DNA of 64,000 nucleotides from Vulcanimicrobiales bacterium. Its GTDB lineage: Bacteria > Vulcanimicrobiota > Vulcanimicrobiia > Vulcanimicrobiales > Vulcanimicrobiaceae. Location: the NCBI GenBank assembly GCA_038215615.1, contig JBBQQR010000009.1, forward strand, positions 1-64,000, given 5' to 3'. The notes under the pieces were generated by a model. The model saw nothing but the letters and a program-made list of their open reading frames with translations, had not been told where the DNA came from and did not search any database. The translations under genes were made by a program, and so were the position numbers. The stretch's first letter is position 1. Each line of letters starts with the position of its first letter. Below, one piece after another: positions 40,939-50,968 of this stretch.

Positions 40939-41781
40939 TTGAATCATTGGTTCACGTATCCCAACATCGATCCGATCGCCATTCATATCTGGCGCATCAG
41001 CATTCATTGGTACGGCATATCCTATTTGATTGGGTTTGCGGCCGTTTACTTCTGGATGAGCCGTCCGGCAGGCATGCGGCGCCTCGGATTGACTCGCGAT
41101 CAGATTCAGGATTTTCTCGTTTACGCATTGGTCGGCGTGCTCGTCGGCGGGCGAACGTTTTTCGTCATCAACGACATCATCAGCAAGCACAATTTGTCGT
41201 CGTATCTCAGCAATCCAATCAATTTCATCGCGATTTGGAATGGCGGCATGGCCTTCCATGGTGCGATGATCGCGACTATGGTCGCAACCATCCTTTTTCT
41301 GCGCAAGCATCCCGGTCTGACGTTCAGCGTGTTGGGCGACGAAATGGTCATGCTCTTGCCGGTCGGGATCGCGCTCACGCGCTTCGTCAATTTTATCAAC
41401 GACGAACTGTGGGGCGACGCCTGCAAACCGGATCGGCCGTGGTGCATGGTGCCCGGTCCTAACGCCGACATACCATTGCAAAACCGTGGCCTGCCGCTGC
41501 ACCCATCGCAACTCTACGAGGCGATTCTCGATGCGTTGACGCTGCCGGTTCTGCTCTTCATTTATAAGCGGCGCCCTCCCGACGGGGTCGTAGCCTGGAG
41601 TTGGTTCACGCTGTACGGCGTCACGCGATCGATTGCCGAGATTTGGCGGCAAGCGGATTTTTCGTGGCACGGAATTACCGGCGGCCAGTTCTACGCGCTG
41701 CCGATGATTGCGATCGGTGCAATCATGCTGTATGTGTGCGCGCGGCGGGGGGTTCGCACCGACGCTGCTGCCGCCGCATGA
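40939..41781 (+). CDS. lgt: prolipoprotein diacylglyceryl transferase
   Basis: IDPIA..IHWYG, GGR, GGMAFHG, R.VNFIN.ELWG, HPSQLYE; TTG start at 40939. Confidence 0.92.
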   Translation: MNHWFTYPNIDPIAIHIWRISIHWYGISYLIGFAAVYFWMSRPAGMRRLGLTRDQIQDFLVYALVGVLVGGRTFFVINDIISKHNLSSYLSNPINFIAIWNGGMAFHGAMIATMVATILFLRKHPGLTFSVLGDEMVMLLPVGIALTRFVNFINDELWGDACKPDRPWCMVPGPNADIPLQNRGLPLHPSQLYEAILDALTLPVLLFIYKRRPPDGVVAWSWFTLYGVTRSIAEIWRQADFSWHGITGGQFYALPMIAIGAIMLYVCARRGVRTDAAAAA

Positions 41782-42425
41782 TCGCCGAGCGTTGGGCACA
41801 GCTGCGGGCGGAGATTCCGGCGCACGTTACGATCGTCGCCGTAACGAAGTTGCAGCCGGCCAGCGCGCTCGAGGAAGCTCTCGCCGCCGGCGTCCGTGAT
41901 ATCGGCGAAAACTACCTGCAGGAGGCGCGCGCGAAGTTTGAGGCTGTGAGCGGCGATCAGTCATTCATGAAGCACTTCATCGGGCACGTGCAAAGCAATA
42001 AAGCCAAAGCCATCGTCGAGACGTTCGACGTGGTGCAAAGTGTCGACCGGATTGAGGCGGGACTCGCCCTCGCAAAGGCTGCTGCTGCCGCGGGCAAGCG
42101 CCTGCGAGTCCTCATCCAGCTGAATATTTCGCCCTCCCAAAGGTTCGGCGTTCGCCCCGAGGAGGCGCCCGAGCTCGCGCGCGCTCTGCGCCAAGAGGCG
42201 AGCCTGGCCGTGGACGGCGTCATGGCAATCGGCCCGCTGGGCGCATCAAGTTCGGAGACTGCGCGCGCATTCGAAATCGCGGCCGGCGTCTTCGGGGCCG
42301 TCGGCGGGACGGTACTCTCGCTTGGAATGTCGGGCGATTGGCGCGAGGCGTTGCGCGCCGGCTCGACGATGGTGCGACTGGGCAGCGTTTTATTCGGGCC
42401 GCGGGCGGCGCCCGCGCGGGTCTAG
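41778..42425 (+). CDS. yggS: PLP-binding protein YggS/PROSC
   Basis: VAVTK, GENYLQE, HFIGHVQSNK, LSLGMSGD, GSTMVRLG..LFG. Confidence 0.92.
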   Translation: MIAERWAQLRAEIPAHVTIVAVTKLQPASALEEALAAGVRDIGENYLQEARAKFEAVSGDQSFMKHFIGHVQSNKAKAIVETFDVVQSVDRIEAGLALAKAAAAAGKRLRVLIQLNISPSQRFGVRPEEAPELARALRQEASLAVDGVMAIGPLGASSSETARAFEIAAGVFGAVGGTVLSLGMSGDWREALRAGSTMVRLGSVLFGPRAAPARV

Positions 42426-42466
42426 CCGCCGGGCCGTCGAAGTTTTAACGCTAAAGTGAGGCTGAC

Positions 42467-42877
42467 ATGAGCATGTTTACCAGGATCGGCTCGTTCTTTT
42501 CGATGAGCGACGAAGATGACGAACTGTATGCGGAAGAAGGCTCGCGCAACGTCGTCCCGCTGAGCGGCGTCTCCCGCCGCGGCGGCACCGAAGTTAGCGT
42601 TTACGCGCCGCGCGCATTCGGCGACGTTACCGAAATCGCCGACGCTCTGCGTAACCGCCAAGTGGTGATCGTCAATCTCCAAAACGCGGACCGCTCGCTG
42701 CTGCAGCGCGTCGTCGACTTTACGTCCGGCGTCGCATACACGATTGACGGCAAGATCCAAAAACTCGCCGAAGCGATTTACCTGATCGTCCCGGCGGGCG
42801 TCGTGGTCAATTCGCAAGGCTTGCGCGAATCCATGATGGCCGACGGTTCCCTCGACTTTCTTTCCAATAGAGGATGA
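42467..42877 (+). CDS. sepF: cell division protein SepF
   Basis: P..F.D..EIAD.L...VIVNL, RVVDF.SG..Y..DG. Confidence 0.9.
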   Translation: MSMFTRIGSFFSMSDEDDELYAEEGSRNVVPLSGVSRRGGTEVSVYAPRAFGDVTEIADALRNRQVVIVNLQNADRSLLQRVVDFTSGVAYTIDGKIQKLAEAIYLIVPAGVVVNSQGLRESMMADGSLDFLSNRG

Positions 42878-43428
42878 GCATGCAAAGAATCACGCCAGTC
42901 GACATCCAGCACAAGACCTTCAAGAAGGCGCTGCAGGGATACGACCGCGCGGAAGTCGATCAGTTTTTGGACGAGGTCATCGAGACGCTCGAAGACGATG
43001 CGCAGCATCGCGCGGCGCTCGAAGCGGAGATCGCCGACCTCAAAGAACGGATCAGCCATTTCAAAGCGATGGAAGAGTCGCTGCAAAACACGCTGCTGCT
43101 GGCGCAGCGCACCGCTGACGAAGTAAAAGCTTCGGCGCATAAAGAGGCCGACCTGATCAAAGAGCAGGCGCGCATTTCTGCCGAGCGCGAGATTTCGACG
43201 TTCACCGACGCTGCCGCCGACGCGCGGCGCGAACATCAGCGCGCGAACGAAGCCGCCGAGAAAGCCCGCAGCGAGCTACGCAGCCTGCTGATGACGCACA
43301 TTGCGCTGTTGGAAAGAACGCCTCCGCAAAGCAACGGCGAGACGCCGCAGGCGGCCGAACCGCCCAAGGCGTCCGGCGAGAGCTCGGAGACCGATCTGAG
43401 CGATACCAACCGCATCACCGTCTATTAG
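42874..43428 (+). CDS. divIVA: DivIVA domain protein
   Basis: ITPVDIQHKTFKKAL.GYD..EVD.FLD followed by coiled coil. Confidence 0.9.
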   Translation: MSMQRITPVDIQHKTFKKALQGYDRAEVDQFLDEVIETLEDDAQHRAALEAEIADLKERISHFKAMEESLQNTLLLAQRTADEVKASAHKEADLIKEQARISAEREISTFTDAAADARREHQRANEAAEKARSELRSLLMTHIALLERTPPQSNGETPQAAEPPKASGESSETDLSDTNRITVY

Positions 43429-44497
43429 CACGATCGCGGTTCTGCCCGGCGACGGCATCGGTCCTGAAGTGACCGGCGCCGCGGTGCGGGTGCTTCAAAA
43501 AACGCGTCCCGATCTCGAGTGCATTCAAGCGGATGTAGGCGGCACGGCGTTGCGCGCCGGTAAGCCGGCGCTGCCCGAAGAAACGCGGGCGCTGTGCGAC
43601 CGGTCGGACGCAATTCTCTTTGGCTCGGTCGGATTACCCGAATATGACGGCAAACCGCTGGCCGAGCGCCCGGAGTACGCGCTCTTTTTATTGCGGCGCG
43701 ATTACGAACTCTACGCGAACTTGCGGCCGGTCCGACTTTTTAGTGGACTCGAATCTGCGTCGAGTTTGAAGCCCGAGCTGCTCAAGGATCTCGATCTGAT
43801 CGTCGTGCGCGAATTGACCGGCGGCATTTACTTTGGAAAACCGAAAGAGCAGCGCGTTGGGAGCGACGGTGTCGAAGAAGCCGTTGACACGATGGTGTAC
43901 CGCGCCCCGGAGATCGAGCGCATCGCGCGCGTAGCGTTCGAACTGGCGGGCAAACGGCGGAAGCTGGTCACGTCCGTCGACAAGCAAAACATTTTGGAGA
44001 CGTCGCGTTTGTGGCGCCGCGTCGTGGACCGCATCGCGCCGGAGTATCCCGGCGTGCGCGTCGCGCACTTGCTCGTTGATAACGCGGCGATGCAGCTGGT
44101 CCGGCGCCCGGCCCAATTCGACGTGATGCTCACCGAAAATATGTTCGGCGACATTCTTTCCGACGAAGCGGCGATGCTGACCGGATCGATTGGAAACCTG
44201 CCCAGCGCAAGCCTCGGCACGAAGGGCACGTCTGGAAAGCAATTCGGACTCTACGAGCCGATCGGCGGCACCGCTCCCGACATCGCAGGTCGCGGGATCG
44301 CCAATCCGACGGCGGCCATTCTATCGGCGGCGATGCTGCTGCGTCACAGTTTGGACGATGAGGTAGGCGCCCAGCGAATCGAAAGCGCGGTCGAGCGGAC
44401 GTTTGCGGGCGGCGCGCGGACGGCCGATCTCGCGCAGGCCGGCGAAGCGGCGCTCACCAGCGGGGAGTTTACGGATAGGGTTTTAGACTTTTGCTGA
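43424..44497 (+). CDS. leuB: 3-isopropylmalate dehydrogenase (apparently non-canonical start)
   Basis: IAVLPGDGIGPEV, NLRP, VRELTGGIYFG, VDNAAMQL, NMFGDILSDEA, APDIAG..IANP. No ATG/GTG/TTG precedes the first motif. Confidence 0.93.
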   Translation: MSTIAVLPGDGIGPEVTGAAVRVLQKTRPDLECIQADVGGTALRAGKPALPEETRALCDRSDAILFGSVGLPEYDGKPLAERPEYALFLLRRDYELYANLRPVRLFSGLESASSLKPELLKDLDLIVVRELTGGIYFGKPKEQRVGSDGVEEAVDTMVYRAPEIERIARVAFELAGKRRKLVTSVDKQNILETSRLWRRVVDRIAPEYPGVRVAHLLVDNAAMQLVRRPAQFDVMLTENMFGDILSDEAAMLTGSIGNLPSASLGTKGTSGKQFGLYEPIGGTAPDIAGRGIANPTAAILSAAMLLRHSLDDEVGAQRIESAVERTFAGGARTADLAQAGEAALTSGEFTDRVLDFC

Positions 44498-44842
44498 TTC
44501 GCTGAAGACGACTTCGCCGAAATAATTGCGCAGGCGCACGTGCAGTGTCGCGTGCTTGCCGGCGTTGTTGGATTTCCACGCATTGCGCCAGCTCTCCAGG
44601 GCGTGCGCCTTCATCTGCATTTCGACCGGCCCGTCCATCTCGCTCATCGCTTCCGCGTCGACGAAGACATCGAGCATCGTGCCTTTTATGTCGAACCCGG
44701 TGATCACGGGTTTGTACTGCGCCTTGAGCGGCTCGACTGCGCGAAGCTCCGGCGCCGCAGCCGCAGCAGCAGCGCCTTGTGGCGCCGGCTGCGAACATCC
44801 GGCCAGCATCAGCAGCGCGGTCAGTGCGCGAACGGCTTTCAT
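44483..44842 (-). CDS. hypothetical lipoprotein
   Basis: MKAVRALTALLMLAGC lipobox followed by an Ala-rich linker. Confidence 0.7.
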   Translation of the reverse strand: MKAVRALTALLMLAGCSQPAPQGAAAAAAAPELRAVEPLKAQYKPVITGFDIKGTMLDVFVDAEAMSEMDGPVEMQMKAHALESWRNAWKSNNAGKHATLHVRLRNYFGEVVFSESAKV

Positions 44843-44886
44843 CTTCCGGCCATCTTTCGTTCACGGCCGCCGTCTACCATGCGGGC

Positions 44887-45405
44887 ATGGATGGCATAGC
44901 ATGGGCGGCAAGCGCGATGTCCGCCGCGCAAACCCGGCTGGAGATCGCCGCGCAGAACCTCGCCAACGGATCGGCCGACGGCTTCCGGCGCAGCCTCGCT
45001 CGCGGCTCACTGCACGCGGAAGGCGTGCGCGTCGATGTGGTCCGCGACGACACTCAGGGCGCCCTGCGCCGGACGGGCAGAGCGCTCGACCGCGCTATTG
45101 TCGGCGAAGGCTCGTTCTTACTGCGCGGCGCGGACGGGCGTACGGCCCGAGCTCGCAGCGGTGCATTCACGCGCGATCGCTTCGGCGCTTTGCGCGACGA
45201 CCTCGGCCGGACGCTGGTGGGCACGTCGCTCTCGCGCGGCTCGTATGTGCGCAGCGGTTTCCTGGAAAGTTCTAACGTTGATGCGGTCGGCGAGATGGTG
45301 AACGTCCTCGAAGCTGAGCGTTCGTTCGAGGCCGCACAAAAAGTTTTGAGCGCGATCGATCAGACCGCGCAGCGCGCGAATTCGAAGATGTCGGAGTTCA
45401 AGTGA
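44887..45405 (+). CDS. short flagellar basal-body rod protein (FlgF-like)
   Basis: AQNLAN.SADGFR, TGRALD.AI.GEG.F, LESSNVDAV.EMV. Confidence 0.8.
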   Translation: MDGIAWAASAMSAAQTRLEIAAQNLANGSADGFRRSLARGSLHAEGVRVDVVRDDTQGALRRTGRALDRAIVGEGSFLLRGADGRTARARSGAFTRDRFGALRDDLGRTLVGTSLSRGSYVRSGFLESSNVDAVGEMVNVLEAERSFEAAQKVLSAIDQTAQRANSKMSEFK

Positions 45406-46127
45406 ACCGCGCGCTTTACGCGGCCGCCACCGGAATGGCGGCGCAGCAAAAGAACCTGGAGATCGTCGCGGACAATTTGGCGAACGCCGACGTCGCCGGA
45501 TTTAAAGGCGCGGCGGAAACCTTTACCGACATCGCCTCGCGCGCAGGAACGCTGGGAACGGCGGCGGCCGGGACGCACGTGATGTTTACGCAAGGCAAGC
45601 TCGAACGCAGCGGCGGCCCGTTCGATCTGGCGATCCAGGGAGCCGGATTCTTTGCGGTTGCCGACGGTGCGGGTCGCTTGGCATTCACGCGCAACGGTGA
45701 ATTTTCGCGCGCGTCCGACGGCTCGCTGCGAAATGCGCAAGGCCGCCGTCTGCTCGGCACGCGCATTCCGGCCGACGCTATTTCGGTGAACGTCGCCTCC
45801 GGCGGCGCCGTTACCGCGCAGACCGCGACGGGTGAGAAGAAGTGCGGCCGCATCCGCTTAGCCGAGTTTGCGTCTCCGGAATATCTGGAATCCGCCGGCG
45901 GCACGCTGTTCTTCGAAACGAATGCTTCGGGAAAAGCGCGCTTCGTCGATCCCGGCAAGCGGGGCGGTCCCGAGCTGAAGTTCGGCATGCTCGAGCGATC
46001 AAACGTCACCATCGTCGAGGCGATGATGCAGATTCTCGCGGCGCAGCGCGCGTATGAGGCCAACGCCAAGGGCGTCCAAGCCGCCGATGAGATGATGCGC
46101 ATCGCCGACAACTTGAGCCGTGATTGA
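45402..46127 (+). CDS. flgG: flagellar basal-body rod protein FlgG-like
   Basis: RALYAAATGM.AQQ..L...A.NLAN, DLAIQG.GFF, TRNG.F, LERSNV..VEAM...I.AQRAYE.N.K. Confidence 0.8.
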   Translation: MNRALYAAATGMAAQQKNLEIVADNLANADVAGFKGAAETFTDIASRAGTLGTAAAGTHVMFTQGKLERSGGPFDLAIQGAGFFAVADGAGRLAFTRNGEFSRASDGSLRNAQGRRLLGTRIPADAISVNVASGGAVTAQTATGEKKCGRIRLAEFASPEYLESAGGTLFFETNASGKARFVDPGKRGGPELKFGMLERSNVTIVEAMMQILAAQRAYEANAKGVQAADEMMRIADNLSRD

Positions 46128-46278
46128 AGGGTCGAGTGCGCAGCGGCAGATCGCGGCGCTTTCACTCGCGCCCATGCTGGAAAGCGTCTTGGCGCCGCTG
46201 GCCGAGGCAATGGGCGAATTCGGAGAGCTCGTCGCCGAAACGTGCGCGGAAAAGATCGCCTCGCAGCTCTCGCCATGA
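46120..46278 (+). CDS. 52-aa ORF, possibly a minimal FlgJ-like rod-binding protein (not in the ORF track)
   Basis: GTG 46120 overlaps the flgG end and its TGA overlaps the fliA ATG; MIEGSSAQRQIAALSLAPMLESVLAPLAEAMGEFGELVAETCAEKIASQLSP. Confidence 0.55.
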   Translation: MIEGSSAQRQIAALSLAPMLESVLAPLAEAMGEFGELVAETCAEKIASQLSP

Positions 46279-46946
46279 GCGAGCGTGAAGCGCTGATCCG
46301 GTCGTACTTTCCGCTCGTGCGCAGCATCGCGCGCCGCATACAGCGCATGGTGCCGGGAAGCGATCTCGACGACGTGATCGGTGACGGCTGCGTCGGTTTG
46401 ATTCGTGCGGTGGACGCCTTCGATCCGAGCCGCGGCCCGGACATGCGCGTCTACGTTTCACGCGTCGTGGCCGGTACGATGCTCAACGGTCTGCGGCGGC
46501 TCGATCCCGTTTCGGAACGCGTCCGGCGCGAATTGCGCGAGGCCGAACGCGAACGTTACGCGCTTGCACTGCGCAGCGGCACGATTCCGACGCAAGGTGA
46601 AATGGAGACGCGCAGGCCGTCGCTGCGGCGCGCCGTGCTGCACGCCTACCAGTACGCGCCGCTCTCGCTCGATTCGCCCCTGCCCGCCGACGAATCGCTG
46701 CAGCCCGATTGGACGCAAGATCCGGCGCTGCTGGCGGGCCAGGCCATGCACCGGGAGCACCTCCAAAACGCACTCATGAAGCTGACACGACGCCAGCGCA
46801 GCGTGGTCGCGCTCTACTATTATTCCAACCAGTCGCTGTACGAAATTGGCCGCACGCTCGCCATTTCGCCGCAGCGCGCGTCGCAGTTGCACGTCACCGC
46901 ACTGCGCAACCTGCGAAAGGTGCTCGATGCTTCGGCCTTGGGTTGA
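46275..46946 (+). CDS. fliA: FliA/WhiG-family sigma factor
   Basis: PLVRSIARR, GLIRAVDAFDPSRG, LSLD, region 4 LYY...L.EIG..L.IS.QRASQLH. Confidence 0.8.
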   Translation: MSEREALIRSYFPLVRSIARRIQRMVPGSDLDDVIGDGCVGLIRAVDAFDPSRGPDMRVYVSRVVAGTMLNGLRRLDPVSERVRRELREAERERYALALRSGTIPTQGEMETRRPSLRRAVLHAYQYAPLSLDSPLPADESLQPDWTQDPALLAGQAMHREHLQNALMKLTRRQRSVVALYYYSNQSLYEIGRTLAISPQRASQLHVTALRNLRKVLDASALG

Positions 46947-47205
46947 GTCGGCTTCCGTGCCGGCGGCGCTGCCGTTGGCACTGCAGCCCGATGACGAAAT
47001 CGAAACCCCCGTTCTTCCGCGCGAGCATCCGCGCTGGGTGCGGGATGCGCTAGCGGTCTCGTCGCGCGCGCGTCGGCTGTTCGCGAACCTGCGTCCAGCG
47101 GCGATCTCCGTGCTTGGGTTTTGGGACCATCAGACGCGCGCGGTCACGATCGGGGCAAGAACGCTCGGTGTGGACTCAAGCGGAAGCTATTACGCCGTTC
47201 AATAG
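46927..47205 (+). CDS. hypothetical protein
   Basis: ORF overlaps the fliA end and fills the gap; no recognised motif. Confidence 0.45.
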   Translation: MLRPWVESASVPAALPLALQPDDEIETPVLPREHPRWVRDALAVSSRARRLFANLRPAAISVLGFWDHQTRAVTIGARTLGVDSSGSYYAVQ

Positions 47206-47979
47206 CAAGTCGCGCCGGCGCTTTGCAAGCTGGAAATACGCGGCTAGCGACGCGGCGCCGAAAATCACGAATGCTGCCAGCGACTCCAATGGTGAAAAGC
47301 GCGAAGCCGGTGCCGGCCATATGACCGTGAAGAAGAGCAGCAGCCCGACGGCGTGGATGACTATGCCCGGCACGATGGAGTTTGTGAGATAGGCCATGGT
47401 GCCAAAAACGATATCGATCAAAAAATAGAACAGCACGACTTGCCATGCGAAGCCCTGCGTGAAGCCGTGGGCCGGTAACATGAGTAATGCGGTAGCGCCT
47501 ATTGCCAAGGGACCACCGATGCGCGGCTCGAGCGCGCCTTGCACGTATCCCCGAAAGCCCGCTTCCTCTGCGATAGCATTCACGAGCGGCGACATCAAGA
47601 GTATGAGGGCCACGGTGAGGATGGGATAGCGCGAAAACGCCGGCAACAGGTGCGCGGGCATGACGGTCAGCCGCGAAAGGAGCATCCATAAACCGGCCAG
47701 CGAGAGCACGGCGCACGCGCCTGCAATTGCAGCCGTAATGAACGTCGGGGCAGGTAGCGGATTTGCGCGCAAGGCGCGAGCCCGGTATGGCGCTGATTTC
47801 CGTGGACCCCAGCGACCGCCCAGATACTGCCAAAGGATCCATAGCAGCGCGCCCATGACCGCGACGCTCCAAGGAAACGCCGGCGAAATACGCAGGTTCT
47901 CGAGCAGTAAGAGCGACCACACGCCGCCGGCGATTCCGACCAGAAGAAACGCAAGAACGATGACGCCGAGAGTTTTCAC
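47176..47979 (-). CDS. CPBP (CAAX/Abi) intramembrane metalloprotease
   Basis: Polytopic; AEEAGFRG, PAH, IHA motifs. Confidence 0.8.
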   Translation of the reverse strand: MKTLGVIVLAFLLVGIAGGVWSLLLLENLRISPAFPWSVAVMGALLWILWQYLGGRWGPRKSAPYRARALRANPLPAPTFITAAIAGACAVLSLAGLWMLLSRLTVMPAHLLPAFSRYPILTVALILLMSPLVNAIAEEAGFRGYVQGALEPRIGGPLAIGATALLMLPAHGFTQGFAWQVVLFYFLIDIVFGTMAYLTNSIVPGIVIHAVGLLLFFTVIWPAPASRFSPLESLAAFVIFGAASLAAYFQLAKRRRDLLLNGVIASA

Positions 47980-47982
47980 CGG

Positions 47983-48735
47983 TTAGGCAGCGGCTACGAC
48001 GCCGTCCAGCAACGCTGCAAGACGGACGGCTGCGCGTTTGGCGACTTCGGTGACCTCGGCGTGCGACGTGTCGGCGGCGGCGACGGAATTCGTGATCAAA
48101 CTGACGCCGAAAACCTCCATCCCGGCGGCGCGCGCCGCGATCGTTTCGAGCACCGTCGACATGCCGACGGCGTCGGCGCCGATCGTTCGCAGGTAGCGCG
48201 CTTCTGCGGCCGTTTCGTAATTCGGGCCTAGCAACCCGGCGTAGACGCCTTCGCGCACGTTTGCGTCAACCTTGCGCGCGGCCTCGCGCAGGCGCGGGCT
48301 GTATGCGCCGGTCATGTTCACGAATGGGTCATCGAGCTCGCTGCCGAGCAGCGGATTGAGGCCAGTCAAGTTGATGTGGTCGGTGATAAGCATCAAGTCG
48401 CCGGCGCGGAACTGTTCGTTCAGTGCACCCGCCGCGTTGGTCAGCAGCAGCTGCTTCGCGCCGTGCGCGCGCGCCAGTGCGACGGAACGCGTGATCTCGG
48501 CAGCGCCGAATCCTTGGTAGCCGTGAACTCGGCCGGCAAACGCCAAAACGCGCTTGCCGTGCCACTCCCCCGCAACCGCTTCACCGGCATGTCCCGCGAG
48601 TTTGGCGACGGGCAGTTTCAGCTCGCTGAACGGAATGCGCCCGCCCTCCGACCATGCGGGGATCGCGCCGCTCGCTAGAATTTCGGAGAGCCCGCTTCCA
48701 AGTACGAGCGCGAGATCGATATCGCCGAGCTTCAT
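47983..48735 (-). CDS. punA: purine-nucleoside phosphorylase
   Basis: VLGSGL, GRVHGYQG, TNAAG, DHINL, GPNYET.AE, VGMSTV.E, LITN. Confidence 0.9.
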   Translation of the reverse strand: MKLGDIDLALVLGSGLSEILASGAIPAWSEGGRIPFSELKLPVAKLAGHAGEAVAGEWHGKRVLAFAGRVHGYQGFGAAEITRSVALARAHGAKQLLLTNAAGALNEQFRAGDLMLITDHINLTGLNPLLGSELDDPFVNMTGAYSPRLREAARKVDANVREGVYAGLLGPNYETAAEARYLRTIGADAVGMSTVLETIAARAAGMEVFGVSLITNSVAAADTSHAEVTEVAKRAAVRLAALLDGVVAAA

Positions 48736-50234
48736 TGAATTAAATCCTCGCCGGTCATTGCGGGCGGTACGGGCAGTCCCGCCAAGTGCAGGAGCGTCGG
48801 CGCAACGTCGCCCAACTTTCCGCCGGTCTTCAGCGTGCACGTAAAGTCTTTCGCCACGAGAACGAACGGCACGAGGTTGGTCGTATGTGCCGTCAAGGGG
48901 TTTCCTCGCGGATCGATTTTCTCTTCCGCATTGCCGTGATCGGCGGTAATCGCCAGCAAGCCGCCCGCCTTCAGCGTCGCGCGCGCGAGCTCGCCCAGGC
49001 ATCCGTCGAGCACTTCGACGGCCTCAATAGTGGGCGCAAATTTTCCCGTGTGTCCGACCATATCGGCATTGGCGTAATTCATCACGATGACATCGTACGT
49101 GCCGGCGTTGATGGACTCAACGGCATACTTTGTGATTTCTCGCGCGCGCATAGCCGGCTCGAGATCGTAGGTCGCGACGCTGCGATCCGACGCAATCAGT
49201 TTGCGGTCCTCGTTTGTGAAAACGTCTTCGCGGCCGCCGTTAAAAAAATAGGTGACGTGCGCGTACTTCTCGGTTTCGGCCAGGCGCAGCTGCCGCAGTC
49301 CTTGACGCGAAACGATCTCACCGAACGTGTCGAACTGCGGGCGAGGCCCGAAGAGGACCGGGTTGGGAAACGTATCGTCGTACTTGGTCATCGTCGCGAA
49401 AAGAAAGTCGTCGTAACCGGCGCGGTTGAAGGCTACCGTGAGCTGCCGCGCCCGATCGGGGCGGAAGTTGAAGAAGATGCATGCATCGCCGCTACGCACG
49501 GGTAGGCCTCCGGCGATGGTCGTCGGTTTGACGAATTCGTCGTCCTCACCGCGCGCGTACGCCGCCGCCAGCGCGGCCTGCGCGGTCGGCGCATCGTACT
49601 CTCCGCGCGCGTGGGCGATCGCATCAAATGCTGTTTCCGTGCGTTCCGGACGGTTGTCGCGGTCCATCGCATAGAATCGCCCGATCACGGTTTTTATTGC
49701 GGATGAAGGTTTGAGCGAATCCACCTTGAGTTGCAGCGCGCCCAGATAATCTGTTGCCGAACGAGGCGGCACATCGCGCCCGTCCAGAAACGCATGGATC
49801 GCGAAGTTGGCGCCGGCGTTGTGAATCGCATCGACGAGCGAGAAGAGATGGTCGAGCGAGCTGTGCACTTTTCCATCGGATAACAGGCCCATCAGGTGGA
49901 GCGTTCCGCCGCTGCGCCGGACGTGCTCGATGCAGGCGTGCAGCGTGGCGTTTCTTGCAAATGCCCCCGAGCGGATCTCTTCGTCGATGATCGTCACGCC
50001 TTGCGCCACGACGCGGCCGCTTCCCATGTTTGTGTGGCCGACTTCGCTGTTGCCCATGATGCCTTTGGGAAGGCCGACGTATTCCCCCGAGGCGTTCAGC
50101 ATCGTCCACGGGTAGCGCTCGAGCAAAGCTTTCCATTCCGGTAAACGCGCGGCTGCAATCGCGTTTCCGTGCAGATCGTCGCGGCAGCCCCATCCGTCAA
50201 GAACGCAGATGACGAGCGGCCGAAACCGTGTCAC
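48732..50234 (-). CDS. gpmI: 2,3-bisphosphoglycerate-independent phosphoglycerate mutase
   Basis: [48 protein letters not shown] start at 50234. Confidence 0.95.
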   Translation of the reverse strand: MTRFRPLVICVLDGWGCRDDLHGNAIAAARLPEWKALLERYPWTMLNASGEYVGLPKGIMGNSEVGHTNMGSGRVVAQGVTIIDEEIRSGAFARNATLHACIEHVRRSGGTLHLMGLLSDGKVHSSLDHLFSLVDAIHNAGANFAIHAFLDGRDVPPRSATDYLGALQLKVDSLKPSSAIKTVIGRFYAMDRDNRPERTETAFDAIAHARGEYDAPTAQAALAAAYARGEDDEFVKPTTIAGGLPVRSGDACIFFNFRPDRARQLTVAFNRAGYDDFLFATMTKYDDTFPNPVLFGPRPQFDTFGEIVSRQGLRQLRLAETEKYAHVTYFFNGGREDVFTNEDRKLIASDRSVATYDLEPAMRAREITKYAVESINAGTYDVIVMNYANADMVGHTGKFAPTIEAVEVLDGCLGELARATLKAGGLLAITADHGNAEEKIDPRGNPLTAHTTNLVPFVLVAKDFTCTLKTGGKLGDVAPTLLHLAGLPVPPAMTGEDLIQ

Positions 50235-50968
50235 GCTCTTGCGCACAGCGCGGCGAAAGATGCGGCATCGAGCGAAGCCCCGCCGACGAGTCCGCCGTCG
50301 ATCTCCGGCTGCGCTGTGTATTCGGCGATGTTTTCGGGTTTGACGCTCCCGCCGTAGAGAATCGGCGTTCCGTGCAGACCCGGTACGCAGGCGCGCATCG
50401 CGGCCATTACCGCATTCGCTTGCGCCGGATCGCAGCTGCGGCCGGTGCCGATGGCCCAAATCGGTTCGTACGCGAGCACCAAGCGTGCCAGATCGGCTTC
50501 GCTCAAGCCTTCGAGGGCGGCGCGCGTTTGCAAGGTGACGTATTCGAGGGTTTTTCCCGCGTCGTGCAATTCGATCGTTTCGCCGACCGCGACGATCGGA
50601 GTCAGGCCGCCCGCCAACGCCGCAGCGGTTTTTACCCGTACTGTAAGATCGGTGTCGCCGAAATACTCGCGCCGCTCGGAGTGACCGACGATGACGTACT
50701 GCACGCCGAATTCGCGCAGCATCGGCACGGAGATCGCGCCGGTGAAGGCGCCGCTCTCGTCCCAGTGCACGTCCTGTGCGCCCAAGTGTACGCGGCCACC
50801 GTCGAGCTTCGCGCAAACCGCGGCAAGAGCGGTGAACGGCGGACAGAGTACGATTTCGACGTGTTCGGGAACCGCGCGCGCGAGCGGCAGAAATGCCTCG
50901 ACGAACGCGGCGGCTTCGCGACCGGTCTTGTGCATCTTCCAGTTGCCGGCGGAGATCAGTTGCCTCAT
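50231..50968 (-). CDS. tpiA: triosephosphate isomerase
   Basis: [36 protein letters not shown]. Confidence 0.97.
   Translation of the reverse strand: MRQLISAGNWKMHKTGREAAAFVEAFLPLARAVPEHVEIVLCPPFTALAAVCAKLDGGRVHLGAQDVHWDESGAFTGAISVPMLREFGVQYVIVGHSERREYFGDTDLTVRVKTAAALAGGLTPIVAVGETIELHDAGKTLEYVTLQTRAALEGLSEADLARLVLAYEPIWAIGTGRSCDPAQANAVMAAMRACVPGLHGTPILYGGSVKPENIAEYTAQPEIDGGLVGGASLDAASFAALCARA

Noticed and set aside
48732..50816. N-terminal extensions in the ORF track for gpmI, and likewise tgt, punA, pgk, mfd, lgt and yggS
   Set aside because: They overlap neighbouring real genes; conserved N-termini and coupled start/stop overlaps indicate later starts.
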